A DNA stretch of 64,000 nucleotides, taken from assembly GCA_036384395.1 (NCBI GenBank), contig DASVMK010000098.1, positions 93-64,092 on the forward strand, in the 5' to 3' direction. The translations under genes were made by a program, and so were the position numbers. Each line of letters starts with the position of its first letter. Position 1 is the first letter of the stretch. Origin of the DNA: Novosphingobium sp. (GTDB taxonomy: Bacteria > Pseudomonadota > Alphaproteobacteria > Sphingomonadales > Sphingomonadaceae). The notes under the pieces were generated by a model. The model made no database searches. It saw only the letters and a program-made list of their open reading frames with translations, and had not been told where the DNA came from. Below are positions 33,124-44,832 of the stretch, in pieces.

Positions 33124-35211
33124 ATGCGTGTCATGGACGATACCACAAGTCTCGCGGCCCCGATCGCGGCGAAAAAACCCAACAGCTTCACCCACCACGG
33201 CGTCACCGTCACCGACGATTACGCCTGGCTGCGCGATCCCGGCTATCCCGAGGTCACCGACCCAGCGGTGCTTGCTCACCTGGAGGCCGAGAACGCCTGG
33301 TTCGAACATCGCATGGGCCCGCACAAGCCGCTGGTCGAGAGGCTGTTCCAGGAGATGCGCGGGCGCATCAAGGAAGCCGACAAGTCGGTGCCGCAGAAGG
33401 ACGGCGACTGGCTCTACTGGATCGAGTTCGAGGAGGGCGCCGAGTACAAGAAGTGGTGGCGCCGGCCCGTGGCCGGGGGTGATGACGAGCTGATCCTCGA
33501 CGAAGTCGCGCTGGCCGAGGGCAAGGAATACTTCCGCCTCGGCGCCATCGCGGTCAGCACCGACGGCAGGCTGCTCGCCTGGTCGGTGGACGACAACGGA
33601 TCCGAGCGCTTCACCGCGCGGATCAAGGTGATCGCCACCGGCGAAGTGCTGCCAGACGAGATCCCCGGCACGCTGTCGTCGCTGATCTGGGTCGCGAACG
33701 ACACCGGCCTCGTCTATTCGCTCGCCAACGAGCAATGGCGTACCGACAACGCCCGCCTGCACTGGCTGGGCAAGCCGCTGGCCGACGACGTCGAGCTCTA
33801 CCACGAGGACGACGAGGGCTTCCGCGTCGGCTCCTCGCTTTCGGCCAACGAGCAATGGTTGATCATCGGCGCGTCCGATCACGAGACCAGCGAGGTCCGC
33901 CTGATCCCCGCCGCCGATCCGCTGGCCGCGCCGATCCTGGTCCGCGCGCGCCAGAAGGGTGTCGAGTACGACGTCGATGAGCGCGACGGCACACTCTACA
34001 TCCACGCCAACGACACCCACGAGAACTTCCGCCTCGCCACCGCGCCGCTGGAGCGGCCGGGCGAGTGGACGACGCTGATCGAGGGCTCGGACGCCTTCTA
34101 CCTCACCGGCTTCGACCTGTTCCGCGACTTCTACGTGGTCGAGGGCCGCCCGACACGAGGACATGGGGCCGGGCTCGACCGGATCGAGGTGCGCTATTAC
34201 GACGATCCGGGCCGCGTCGAGCCGATCCAGTTCCCCGAGGCGAGCTACACGGCCGGGCTGGGCGATAATCCCGAATGGGCGATGGACGTGCTGCGGCTGT
34301 CCTACGAGAGCATGGTCAGCCCGGCGACGGTCTATGACTATGTGGTGGCCGACCGCAGCCTGAAGCTGCTCAAGGTCCAGGAGATCCCCTCGGGCTACGA
34401 CGCCTCGCTCTACACGACCGAGCGGCTGGAAATCGTGGCACGCGACGGCACCGCGATCCCGGTCAGCGTGCTATCGCGTAAGGACCGCAAGCCGGGCGGC
34501 CCGCTGCATCTCTACGGCTACGGCGCCTATGGCATCGCCATCGAGCCGGGCTTCTCGACCACGCGACTGAGCCTCGTCGATCGCGGCTTCGCCTATGCCA
34601 TCGCCCATATCCGCGGCGGCGATGACTTGGGCCGCGCTTGGTACAAGGCGGGCAAGCTCGAGCGGCGGGCGAATACCTTCACCGACTTCGTCGATGTCGC
34701 GCGTGGCCTGGTCGATCGCGGCTACACCCAGGCGGGCCGTATCGGCATCTCGGGCGGCTCGGCCGGCGGCGAGCTGATGGGGGCGGTGATCAATTCCGAC
34801 CCCGACCTGTTCGGCGCGGTCGTGGCGCATGTGCCCTTCGTCGACGTCCTGGCGACGATGCTCGACGAGAGCCTGCCGCTGACCCCCGGCGAATGGCCCG
34901 AATGGGGCAATCCGATCGAGGACGCCAAGGCTTTCGCGCTGATCCGCGGCTATTCGCCTTACGACCAGGTCAAGCCCCAGGCCTACCCGCCGCTGCTGGT
35001 CACCGCCGGGCTCAACGATCCGCGCGTGACTTATTGGGAGCCGGCCAAGTGGGTCGCCAAGCTGCGCGAGCTCAAGACCGACGGCAACGAGCTGCTTCTG
35101 AAGACCAACATGGGCGCCGGCCACGGCGGCAAGTCGGGGCGCTTCGAAAGCCTGCGCGAGACCGCCGAGGAGTTCGCCTTCATCCTGTGGCAGTTGGGCG
35201 TGGAGGGGTGA
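33124..35211 (+). CDS. ptrB: Oligopeptidase B (peptidase S9A)
   Basis: DDYAWLRD, HIRGG, GGSAGG (Ser), DPRV (Asp), GHGG (His); an alternative start lies at 33133. Confidence 0.93.
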   Translation: MRVMDDTTSLAAPIAAKKPNSFTHHGVTVTDDYAWLRDPGYPEVTDPAVLAHLEAENAWFEHRMGPHKPLVERLFQEMRGRIKEADKSVPQKDGDWLYWIEFEEGAEYKKWWRRPVAGGDDELILDEVALAEGKEYFRLGAIAVSTDGRLLAWSVDDNGSERFTARIKVIATGEVLPDEIPGTLSSLIWVANDTGLVYSLANEQWRTDNARLHWLGKPLADDVELYHEDDEGFRVGSSLSANEQWLIIGASDHETSEVRLIPAADPLAAPILVRARQKGVEYDVDERDGTLYIHANDTHENFRLATAPLERPGEWTTLIEGSDAFYLTGFDLFRDFYVVEGRPTRGHGAGLDRIEVRYYDDPGRVEPIQFPEASYTAGLGDNPEWAMDVLRLSYESMVSPATVYDYVVADRSLKLLKVQEIPSGYDASLYTTERLEIVARDGTAIPVSVLSRKDRKPGGPLHLYGYGAYGIAIEPGFSTTRLSLVDRGFAYAIAHIRGGDDLGRAWYKAGKLERRANTFTDFVDVARGLVDRGYTQAGRIGISGGSAGGELMGAVINSDPDLFGAVVAHVPFVDVLATMLDESLPLTPGEWPEWGNPIEDAKAFALIRGYSPYDQVKPQAYPPLLVTAGLNDPRVTYWEPAKWVAKLRELKTDGNELLLKTNMGAGHGGKSGRFESLRETAEEFAFILWQLGVEG

Positions 35212-35225
35212 CAAGTTTCGCGGGC

Positions 35226-35621
35226 ATGACTTTCACCCTCACCTTCACCGCCCTGCCCGAGCACATCGACGTGATGGGCCACGTCAACAACGCGGTCTGG
35301 GTGCAATGGATGGAGGCGATCGCCACCGCGCACTGGGAGGCCGTGGCCGCGCCCGCGCATGTGCGCTCCTATGTATGGGTCGCGACCCGGCACGAGATCG
35401 ACTATCGCGGCAACGTCGGCCTGGGCGAGAGCGTCACCGCCGAGACCTTCATCCCCGATGGCCCCAAGGGCGCGCGCTTCGACCGGCGCGTCGATTTCCG
35501 CAATTCCGCCGGCAAGGTCATCGTCAGCGCCCGCACCACCTGGGCGATGATCGACAAGGCCAGCGGCAAGCTGACGCGCGTCCCGCCCGAGGTGGCGGCG
35601 CCGTTCTTCGATCCCGGTTAA
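35226..35621 (+). CDS. 4HBT-like acyl-CoA thioesterase
   Basis: HIDVMGHVNNAVWVQWME hotdog-fold motif. Confidence 0.9.
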   Translation: MTFTLTFTALPEHIDVMGHVNNAVWVQWMEAIATAHWEAVAAPAHVRSYVWVATRHEIDYRGNVGLGESVTAETFIPDGPKGARFDRRVDFRNSAGKVIVSARTTWAMIDKASGKLTRVPPEVAAPFFDPG

Positions 35622-36025
35622 AGGCGGCCGAGTGAGACCCCGTCCATCCGGATTTCGCCGGTATGGATCTCGGTGCTGATCGTCGCCGTTCCACCCGGGC
35701 CGTTGACGATGAACTGATCCATCGCGAGCGGCGACGCCCCGAGGAGGTCGTCCTTGTGCGCGGCGCGCGACATCGCCTCAAGCTCCAGGTCGGCCAGCAA
35801 CAGGCCCGTCGCATACCCGGCCATGCCGCCGGCCTGACGCATCTGGTCGCGGCCTAGCGTATCGGCAAGCGTCAGCATGCTGCGCGGCCACTGCGACCAG
35901 CCGGCGCCGGTCACCGCGCCGGCAAGCTGCGCGTCGCTGACGGCGGCATTGCAGGAGCCTTCGCTCGGCGCGGCCTGGAAGCACAAGGTAAACGCGGTCA
36001 CGACGATGGCGGTTTCGATCGACAT
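35618..36025 (-). CDS. Hypothetical protein, possible signal peptide
   Basis: Fills the gap between the thioesterase and ald; GGGGA RBS-like sequence; no recognised domain. Confidence 0.5.
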   Translation of the reverse strand: MSIETAIVVTAFTLCFQAAPSEGSCNAAVSDAQLAGAVTGAGWSQWPRSMLTLADTLGRDQMRQAGGMAGYATGLLLADLELEAMSRAAHKDDLLGASPLAMDQFIVNGPGGTATISTEIHTGEIRMDGVSLGRL

Positions 36026-36094
36026 GGGTCCCCGACGGCTCGTTGACGGTCGGCCCGGTCATGCCAGCGGCGGGTTAATATTTCGGACGGGGGC

Positions 36095-37225
36095 TCAGCC
36101 CAGCGCCTCCATCACGGGCACATGATCATAGCCCAGTTCGCGGGCCACCGCTTCGTGCGTGACCTGGCCGGCGTGGACGTTGAGCCCGGCGGCGAGGTGC
36201 GGGTCGGCCCGCAGCGCCGCTTGCCAGCCGTCGGGGCGGTCGAAGGCGTCGGCGATGCGCAGCGCGTGCGGCAGGGTGACGTTGTTGAGCGCATAGGTGC
36301 TGGTCCGCGCCACCGCGCCGGGCATGTTGGCGACGCAGTAGTGGACGATGCCGTCGACGATGAAAGTGGGATCGTCGTGCGTCGTGGGATGGCTGGTCTC
36401 GAAGCAGCCGCCCTGGTCGATGGCGACGTCGACCAGCACCGCGCCCGGCTTCATGCAGCCGAGCATCTCGCGCGTCACCAGCCGGGGCGCGGCGGCGCCC
36501 GGCACCAGCACCGCGCCGATCACCAGCTCGGCCTCGCAGATCATCTGGAATATGGTCGAGCGGTTGGAGAAGCGCGTCTTGGCGCGGCTTTCGAAATGGA
36601 TGCCGAGCCGCTCGAGCACTTCGGGATCGCGATCGATGATGGTCACGTCGGCGCCGAGGCCGACCGCCATCTGCGCGGCGTTGAACCCGACCACGCCGCC
36701 GCCGATCACCAGCACCCGCCCCGGCAGCACGCCGGGCACCCCGCCCAGCAGCACGCCGCGCCCGCCGTGCGCCTTCTCGAGCGCGGTGGCGCCGGCCTGG
36801 ATCGACATGCGTCCGGCGACCTGACTCATCGGCTTGAGCAGGGGCAGCGAATGGCCGGGCCCGGTCACCGTCTCGTAGGCGATCGCGCTGACGCCGGACC
36901 TGAGGAGATCGGCGGTCTGCTCGGGATCGGGCGCGAGGTGGAGGTAGGTATAGAGGATCTGTCCCTCGCGCAGCATCGCGCGCTCGGCGGCTTGCGGCTC
37001 CTTGACCTTCACGATCATCGCGCAGCCTTCGAACACCGACGCCGCATCCGGCCGGATCGCAGCGCCCGCCGCCTCGTAGTCGCCGTCGCTCGCGCCGATG
37101 CCGGCCCCCGCACCGCTCTCGACCCAGACCTCGTGCCCGTGCGCGACCAGCTCGCGAACGCTCTCGGGCGTCAGCCCGACGCGGTATTCGTGGTTCTTGA
37201 TCTCGCGAACGGTGCCGATGCGCAT
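36095..37225 (-). CDS. ald: Alanine dehydrogenase
   Basis: [55 protein letters not shown]. Confidence 0.97.
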   Translation of the reverse strand: MRIGTVREIKNHEYRVGLTPESVRELVAHGHEVWVESGAGAGIGASDGDYEAAGAAIRPDAASVFEGCAMIVKVKEPQAAERAMLREGQILYTYLHLAPDPEQTADLLRSGVSAIAYETVTGPGHSLPLLKPMSQVAGRMSIQAGATALEKAHGGRGVLLGGVPGVLPGRVLVIGGGVVGFNAAQMAVGLGADVTIIDRDPEVLERLGIHFESRAKTRFSNRSTIFQMICEAELVIGAVLVPGAAAPRLVTREMLGCMKPGAVLVDVAIDQGGCFETSHPTTHDDPTFIVDGIVHYCVANMPGAVARTSTYALNNVTLPHALRIADAFDRPDGWQAALRADPHLAAGLNVHAGQVTHEAVARELGYDHVPVMEALG

Positions 37226-37334
37226 GGGCATTCTCCTTTGACCGACAGGATTGCATCCCAACATAGGCACTCGTCCATCTCGAAAGCATTGGTGCGGTTT
37301 GCTTCCCCGGCAACTCGCCCTAGTATCGCGCCGG

Positions 37335-38486
37335 ATGTCGGACCGAAAACTGGCGGCCTGGGAAGAGGCGGGGCTGATCGACGCGACGACGGCCGCGCGG
37401 ATCCGCGCCTGGGAGGCGGCGCACGCGCGGCCGCTGGCGCTGTGGGCGGCGATCGGCATCGCCGCGCTGGCGATCGGGCTGGGGCTGATGTCGCTGGTCG
37501 CGGCCAACTGGGAGGCAATCCCCGGCGCGGTGCGGCTTTCGATCCATTTCGTGGTGATCGTCGCCCTGGCGGCCGGGCTGTGGGCCAAGGCGCGCGACTT
37601 CGCCGAGCGGCAGCCGATGCTGGAGGAGGGCGCGTTGTTCGTCTTCGGCGTGCTCGGGCTCACATTCCTCGGCCACGTCGGTCAGGTCTACCAGACGATC
37701 GCGCCGCTGTGGCAACTGCTCGTCGTCTGGCTCGTGCTGTTCGCGCCGTTGTTGCTGGCGCGCGGGGCCGGCTGGCTGACCGCGGCGATGTTGATGGCGA
37801 CCACGGTGACGGCGGTGTGGAACGTGGCGATCGACGCGGGCGATCCCGACACCGTGCTCGCCGACTTCGGGCTGACGGTGCGGCTCGCGCTGCTGACCGG
37901 CGCGCCGGCGCTCGTCGCCGGGCTCGCGGCCTGGCAGGGCGGCGCACGCGAAGGCTTCTGGGAGCGGCGGCTGGAGCAGATGGCGGCGTTTTATGCGATC
38001 GGCGGCGCCAGCCTGCTCGCCGTCGCCTGCACGTTCGAACGCTGGCCGGCCGATCCCCACGCGGGCGCGATCCTGGCGGCGGTGGCGATCTACGCGGCGG
38101 TCGGCCTGGCGGCGGCCTTGCTGGTGCTGCGCGCCCGGCCCGACGGCTCGGGCCGGGCGCAGGCGGCGGTGCTGTTCGCCTGCGGACTGACCGGGCCGCT
38201 GGCCTACCTGCTGTCGGGCAGCGAGCTTGGCGCGGGGCTGCTGTTCATGGGGCTGTGGGCCGTGATCGGGACGGCGGCGCTGCGCGGCGAGGGGCAGGGC
38301 GATTTCCAGGCCGCCGTCGCCCTGATCGCGATCCGCCTCATCGTGCTGAGCTTCGAGCTGGCCGGCGATCTGCTCACCACCGGCGCCGGGCTGATCGCGG
38401 CTGGGGTGCTGATTCTGGCGGTGGCCTATGGCGCGCTACGGATCGCCCAGCGCTATGCGCCCGCACCGGCGGAGGCCCGGCCATGA
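37335..38486 (+). CDS. DUF2157-family integral membrane protein
   Basis: N-terminal W.EAGLID.....RI, LGLMSLVAANWEAIP, GQVYQ; about 11 TM segments. Confidence 0.8.
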   Translation: MSDRKLAAWEEAGLIDATTAARIRAWEAAHARPLALWAAIGIAALAIGLGLMSLVAANWEAIPGAVRLSIHFVVIVALAAGLWAKARDFAERQPMLEEGALFVFGVLGLTFLGHVGQVYQTIAPLWQLLVVWLVLFAPLLLARGAGWLTAAMLMATTVTAVWNVAIDAGDPDTVLADFGLTVRLALLTGAPALVAGLAAWQGGAREGFWERRLEQMAAFYAIGGASLLAVACTFERWPADPHAGAILAAVAIYAAVGLAAALLVLRARPDGSGRAQAAVLFACGLTGPLAYLLSGSELGAGLLFMGLWAVIGTAALRGEGQGDFQAAVALIAIRLIVLSFELAGDLLTTGAGLIAAGVLILAVAYGALRIAQRYAPAPAEARP

Positions 38487-38950
38487 CGGCGGGCTGGCCG
38501 CGGCTGGCGGCGCTGGCGCTGCCGGTCCTCGGCCTGGGCGCGGCCTGGGCCTGGACCGATGCGCGGGCGCGGCAGGGCACCGAGTGGGAGGTGCCGGTCA
38601 GCGCCTCGGGCCCACGCGCCTCGCTGCGCGGGCGCTACGTCCGCTTCCGCTACGACTGGGCCCTGCCCGAGGGCATCGACGGGGCCGAGGCGCTGTGCCT
38701 GGAGGGCGCGCCGCCCCGGCTGGCCGCGGTGCGCGCGACCGTGCTGAGCGATCGGCGCTGCCGCTCGCTGGCGCGGGCCACGCCGGGCGGCCTGCTCTAC
38801 GTGCCGCAAGAGCAGGTGCCGACGATCCGCCGCCAGCTCGCCGATCCCGCGTTCGCGCCGGTCGTCCGCATCCGTGTGAACGCCAGCGGTGCGATCACGC
38901 CGCTGTCGCTCCGGTTCGAGGGGCGCGGGGAGCGATTGCAGGAGCGGTAA
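38483..38950 (+). CDS. GDYXXLXY-domain membrane-anchored protein (degenerate motif)
   Basis: N-terminal TM, PVSASGPRASLRGRYVRFRY, YVPQE; ATGA-type coupling to the DUF2157 gene. Confidence 0.7.
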   Translation: MTAGWPRLAALALPVLGLGAAWAWTDARARQGTEWEVPVSASGPRASLRGRYVRFRYDWALPEGIDGAEALCLEGAPPRLAAVRATVLSDRRCRSLARATPGGLLYVPQEQVPTIRRQLADPAFAPVVRIRVNASGAITPLSLRFEGRGERLQER

Positions 38951-38969
38951 CTTCCGATCCTCCACAGGA

Positions 38970-41321
<2,352 letters not shown>

Positions 41322-41363
41322 TCGTCGTTCCCCTGCTTCGCCGCGCATAATGCCCGCTGGCGT

Positions 41364-41400
41364 GACTCCGCGTCAAGAATCCTTGGGATTCCGGCGAGTC
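41364..41400. promoter_or_regulatory. Cluster of four GANTC (CcrM) sites in the ftsK upstream region
   Basis: GACTC 41364, GAATC 41377, GATTC 41387, GAGTC 41396, i.e. 43-79 bp upstream of the ftsK start. Confidence 0.6.
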
Positions 41401-41933
41401 CTTTCGTCGCAAAGGCCATCGATCGCGGCCCATTTCGGGTGGGCGAGGCGCTTGGCGCCGCGTTTCGTCATGCCGCCCAGCGCGATGACCGGCACCGGGC
41501 TGCGCGCCGCCAGCAGGCGAAAGCGCAGCGGGCCCAGCGTCCGCGCGCCGGGGTGCGAGCGGGTGGCGAAGACCGGCGAGAGCAGCACCGCGTCGGCGTG
41601 GCGGGCGCGGCGCAACTCGCGCAGGGAGTGGGCGGTCGCCAGATGCAGCCCGCGGCCATGCGAAGGTGCGCCGTAGAAGCCGTCCGCGTCCCAGCGCCGC
41701 GCTTGCTCGGCGCTGCCCGCCAGCACCACCCGGTGCCCGCGCCGCCGGGCGAGACGGGCGAGGGCGTCGAACCGCTCTCGCCGCGCGTCCGGCGCGAGGT
41801 GGTAGTGCCGGACGATCAGCCCCGATCCGCGCGGCAACCGGGCGAGTGCCCGCTCCAGCGCTGCATCGTTGCGCGCATCGCTGACCAGCCACAAGTCGGG
41901 CAGGGCATCGCGAGAGGGGGACTGGCGCCGCAT
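41373..41933 (-). CDS. Thiamine-phosphate synthase (ThiE/TenI)-like TIM-barrel protein
   Basis: ATAHSLREL, ADAVLLSPVFATRSHP, PVIALGGM. Confidence 0.8.
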   Translation of the reverse strand: MRRQSPSRDALPDLWLVSDARNDAALERALARLPRGSGLIVRHYHLAPDARRERFDALARLARRRGHRVVLAGSAEQARRWDADGFYGAPSHGRGLHLATAHSLRELRRARHADAVLLSPVFATRSHPGARTLGPLRFRLLAARSPVPVIALGGMTKRGAKRLAHPKWAAIDGLCDERTRRNPKDS

Positions 41934-41958
41934 GATCGCCTCGCTATAGCAGCGCCGC

Positions 41959-42639
41959 ATGGATCAGCCAGCCGACCCACTTCTCGCCCATCAGCGTCTC
42001 GGGCAGGTGCGCGCGCGCATCGCCGCCGCCGCGGCCCTCGCCCGCCGTCCGGTGGGCGACATCGAACTCGTCGCGGTGAGCAAGACTCACCCGGTCGAGC
42101 GCATCGCGCCGTTGATCGCCGCCGGCCAGCGCGTGTTCGGCGAGAACCGCGTGCAAGAGGCCGAGGCCAAGTGGCCGGCGCTGCGCGAGGATCATCCCGG
42201 CGTGGCGCTGCACCTCGTCGGCCGGCTTCAGTCGAACAAGGCCGAGGACGCGGTGCGGCTGTTCGACTGCATCCATTCGCTCGACCGCGCCTCGCTGGTG
42301 GCGGCTCTTGCAAAGGCGATGGATAGGGCCGGGCGGCAGGTGCCTTGCTTCGTCCAGGTCAACATCGGCGCCGAGGAGCAGAAGGGCGGCTGCGCCATCG
42401 CCGATCTGCCGGCGCTGCTCGCCGAAGCGCGCGCGGCCGCAATCCCGCTCGCCGGGCTTATGTGCGTGCCGCCGCTCGGCATAGAGCCGGCGCCGTTCTT
42501 CGCGCTGCTCGACAAGCTGACGGACGACCACGGCCTTGCCGGCCGCAGCATGGGCATGAGCGACGACTTCGAGACGGCGATCACGCTGGGCGCCACCCAC
42601 GTCCGCGTCGGCAGCGCGCTGTTCGGCGGGCGAGGATAA
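41959..42639 (+). CDS. yggS: PLP homeostasis protein YggS
   Basis: LVAVSKT, FGENRVQE, LHLVGRLQSNK, GLMCVPP, SMGMSDDFETAI..GATHVRVGSALFG. Confidence 0.96.
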   Translation: MDQPADPLLAHQRLGQVRARIAAAAALARRPVGDIELVAVSKTHPVERIAPLIAAGQRVFGENRVQEAEAKWPALREDHPGVALHLVGRLQSNKAEDAVRLFDCIHSLDRASLVAALAKAMDRAGRQVPCFVQVNIGAEEQKGGCAIADLPALLAEARAAAIPLAGLMCVPPLGIEPAPFFALLDKLTDDHGLAGRSMGMSDDFETAITLGATHVRVGSALFGGRG

Positions 42640-42651
42640 GAGCGCGCGGGA

Positions 42652-44739
42652 TCAGCGCGCCTTGTCCTGCGTTAGATCGACCAGTCCGCCGGCCGTCAGC
42701 ACTTGCGGCAGCACTTGCGGCGCGCCGCCGCCGGCCGGATACCAGACGTAGAGCGGGACCCCCGCCGCGCCGTGCGCGGTGAGGAAGCGGGTGATCGCCG
42801 GATCGCGCCGCGTCCAGTCGCCGCGCAGCACGGTGACGCCGGCCTTGGCGAAGGCGTCGCGCACTTCCGCCCGCTCGATCGCGACTTGCTCGTTGACCTT
42901 GCAGGTCAGGCACCAGTCGGCGGTGAAATAGGCGAAGACCGGCTTGCCCGAGGCGCGCGCCGCCGCCAGCGCGGTGTCGCCGAACGGGGTGGAGGGCAGC
43001 ACTCCGGCGCTCTCGGCGGCCGGGCTGCTCACCGTGCGCGGCAGCGCGGCGGCGGAGACCGCGACGAGCGCGGTCAGACCGCCCAGCACCAGCCCGCGCG
43101 CGCCGCGTCCCTGTCGCTGGCGGCGGCCGGTCGTGGCCAGCACGACGAGAAGGACGACCACCGCCGCCCCGCAGGCGAGCGCGAAGCTCGCGCCGCCAAG
43201 CCGGCTCGCCAGCCACAGCAGCGCCAGCGCGGTCAGCGCCATCGGCAGCGCCATCCAGCGGCGGAAGCGCACCATCCAGGGACCGGGCCTGGGCAAGCGG
43301 CGGCGCAGCGCGGGGACGAAGGCGATGGCGAGGAACGGCGCGGCGATGCCGAGCCCGAGCGCGGCGAACAGCGCCAGCGCCGGCGCCAGCGGCAGCAACA
43401 GCGCGGCGCCCATCGCCGCGGCCATGAACGGCCCGGTGCAAGGCGTCGCGACGAAGGCGGCGAGCAGCCCCGTGGCGAAACTGCCGCGCGGATGCGCCTC
43501 GCCGACCAGGCCTGGCACGGCGAATTCGAACAGGCCCAGCAGGTTGGCGGTGATCGCCACCGCCAGCAGCAGCAGCCCGGCGACGACCAGCGGCTCCTGG
43601 AGCTGGAACGCCCAGCCCACCTCGCTGCCGCCCGCGCGCAAGGCCAGCAGCAGCCCGCCGAGCGCGGTGCAGGCGACGATCACCCCCGCGCTGTAGGCCA
43701 GGCCCTCGGCGCGCGCCTCGGCCTCGCTGCCGCCGGCGCGGGCGAGGCTCAGCGCCTTGAGGCTGAGGATCGGGAAAACGCAGGGCATCACGTTGAGCAG
43801 CAGCCCGCCAGCGAAAGCGGCGAGCAGCAGCCAGGGCAGCGCCGCGAACTGGACCGGGGCGGCGGCGACGGCGAGCGGCGTGCCGCCGGTCGGCACCGCG
43901 CCGGGATCGGCGTCGATGGCGATCCCGTCGCCCGCCCGGTTGAGCCGCAGCACACCCGACAGCGTCGCGGGACTGGCGGGCGCGAACTTGGCGCGATCGA
44001 GTTCGACGATCAGCAGATCGCCCTTGCGGCGGAAGCGCTGCGGCGCGGCGTAAGCGGCGACTTTGTCCTGCGCGAGAAAGAGATGCGGCGCTTCGAGCGC
44101 GACCGCGGCGGGCAGCGGGATGCCGATGCGCAACGCCCGCGCATCGAGCGCGAAAGCGGCCCTGGCGCCGAGCGGGGCGGGCAGGCGGGTGCGCCAGGCG
44201 TCGAAGCGCGGATCGGGGCGCGGATCGGCGCTTCCGGCGCCCACCGTCACCACCGTCTCCAGCGTCCCGCGCTCGGGCACGCAGATTGTCTCGGTGCAGG
44301 CGAGCCATTCGGCCGCGAGGCGGACCGGCAGGCGGCTGCCCGGCGCCAGGCCGGCGGGGACGGTCAGCGGCACCAGCAGCGCGTAGTCGCCCTTGTACAC
44401 GTGGTTCATCAGCCCGGAAACGAGCAGCGTCTCGGGCACCGGATACTGCGCCGCGCCGGCTTGCAGGCCGGGCGGCAGCGTCCAGTTCAGCGTCATGCCG
44501 AGCCCCGCGTCGCCCGGGTTGGACCAGTAGCCGTGCCAGCCCGGCTCGGGCCGCATGTGGATCGCCAGCGTGACCGTGCCGCCGGGCGTGGCGGGGCCCT
44601 CGGCGACCAGCTCGGCGGCGATGTGGTTGGGCGCGGCCCAGCCTGGCGCGGCCCAGCCTGGCGCGGCCAGGACGAGCGCGCAGAGCTGCGCCAGCAGCGC
44701 GATCAGCAGGCGGAAGGGACGCGACCCCGTGACGACCAT
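42652..44739 (-). CDS. Protein-disulfide reductase DsbD/ScsB-like fused protein
   Basis: GWHGYWSNPGDAG, CTETIC, LNVMPCVFPIL, ATPCTGPFM, thioredoxin ADWCLTCKVNE; GGAG RBS before ATG 44739. Confidence 0.9.
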   Translation of the reverse strand: MVVTGSRPFRLLIALLAQLCALVLAAPGWAAPGWAAPNHIAAELVAEGPATPGGTVTLAIHMRPEPGWHGYWSNPGDAGLGMTLNWTLPPGLQAGAAQYPVPETLLVSGLMNHVYKGDYALLVPLTVPAGLAPGSRLPVRLAAEWLACTETICVPERGTLETVVTVGAGSADPRPDPRFDAWRTRLPAPLGARAAFALDARALRIGIPLPAAVALEAPHLFLAQDKVAAYAAPQRFRRKGDLLIVELDRAKFAPASPATLSGVLRLNRAGDGIAIDADPGAVPTGGTPLAVAAAPVQFAALPWLLLAAFAGGLLLNVMPCVFPILSLKALSLARAGGSEAEARAEGLAYSAGVIVACTALGGLLLALRAGGSEVGWAFQLQEPLVVAGLLLLAVAITANLLGLFEFAVPGLVGEAHPRGSFATGLLAAFVATPCTGPFMAAAMGAALLLPLAPALALFAALGLGIAAPFLAIAFVPALRRRLPRPGPWMVRFRRWMALPMALTALALLWLASRLGGASFALACGAAVVVLLVVLATTGRRQRQGRGARGLVLGGLTALVAVSAAALPRTVSSPAAESAGVLPSTPFGDTALAAARASGKPVFAYFTADWCLTCKVNEQVAIERAEVRDAFAKAGVTVLRGDWTRRDPAITRFLTAHGAAGVPLYVWYPAGGGAPQVLPQVLTAGGLVDLTQDKAR
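44631..44668. repeat. 15-bp in-frame tandem duplication (GCGCGGCCCAGCCTG x2.5) in the DsbD-like signal region
   Basis: Encodes LAAPGWAAPGWAAP. Confidence 0.85.
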
Positions 44740-44832
44740 CGAACTCCTCGGCGAGCGGCTCTTGCAGGCATGACGCGGGCCGGTCATGCAGGCGGCTTAG
44801 ACGCTGTCGCCGTGATTCACCAAGGAAACCGC

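Noticed and set aside
44781-44821. Pho box upstream of the PhoK-like phosphatase
   Set aside because: CGGTCAT and CTGTCGC are 23 bp apart (out of phase) and the intervening heptamers do not match.
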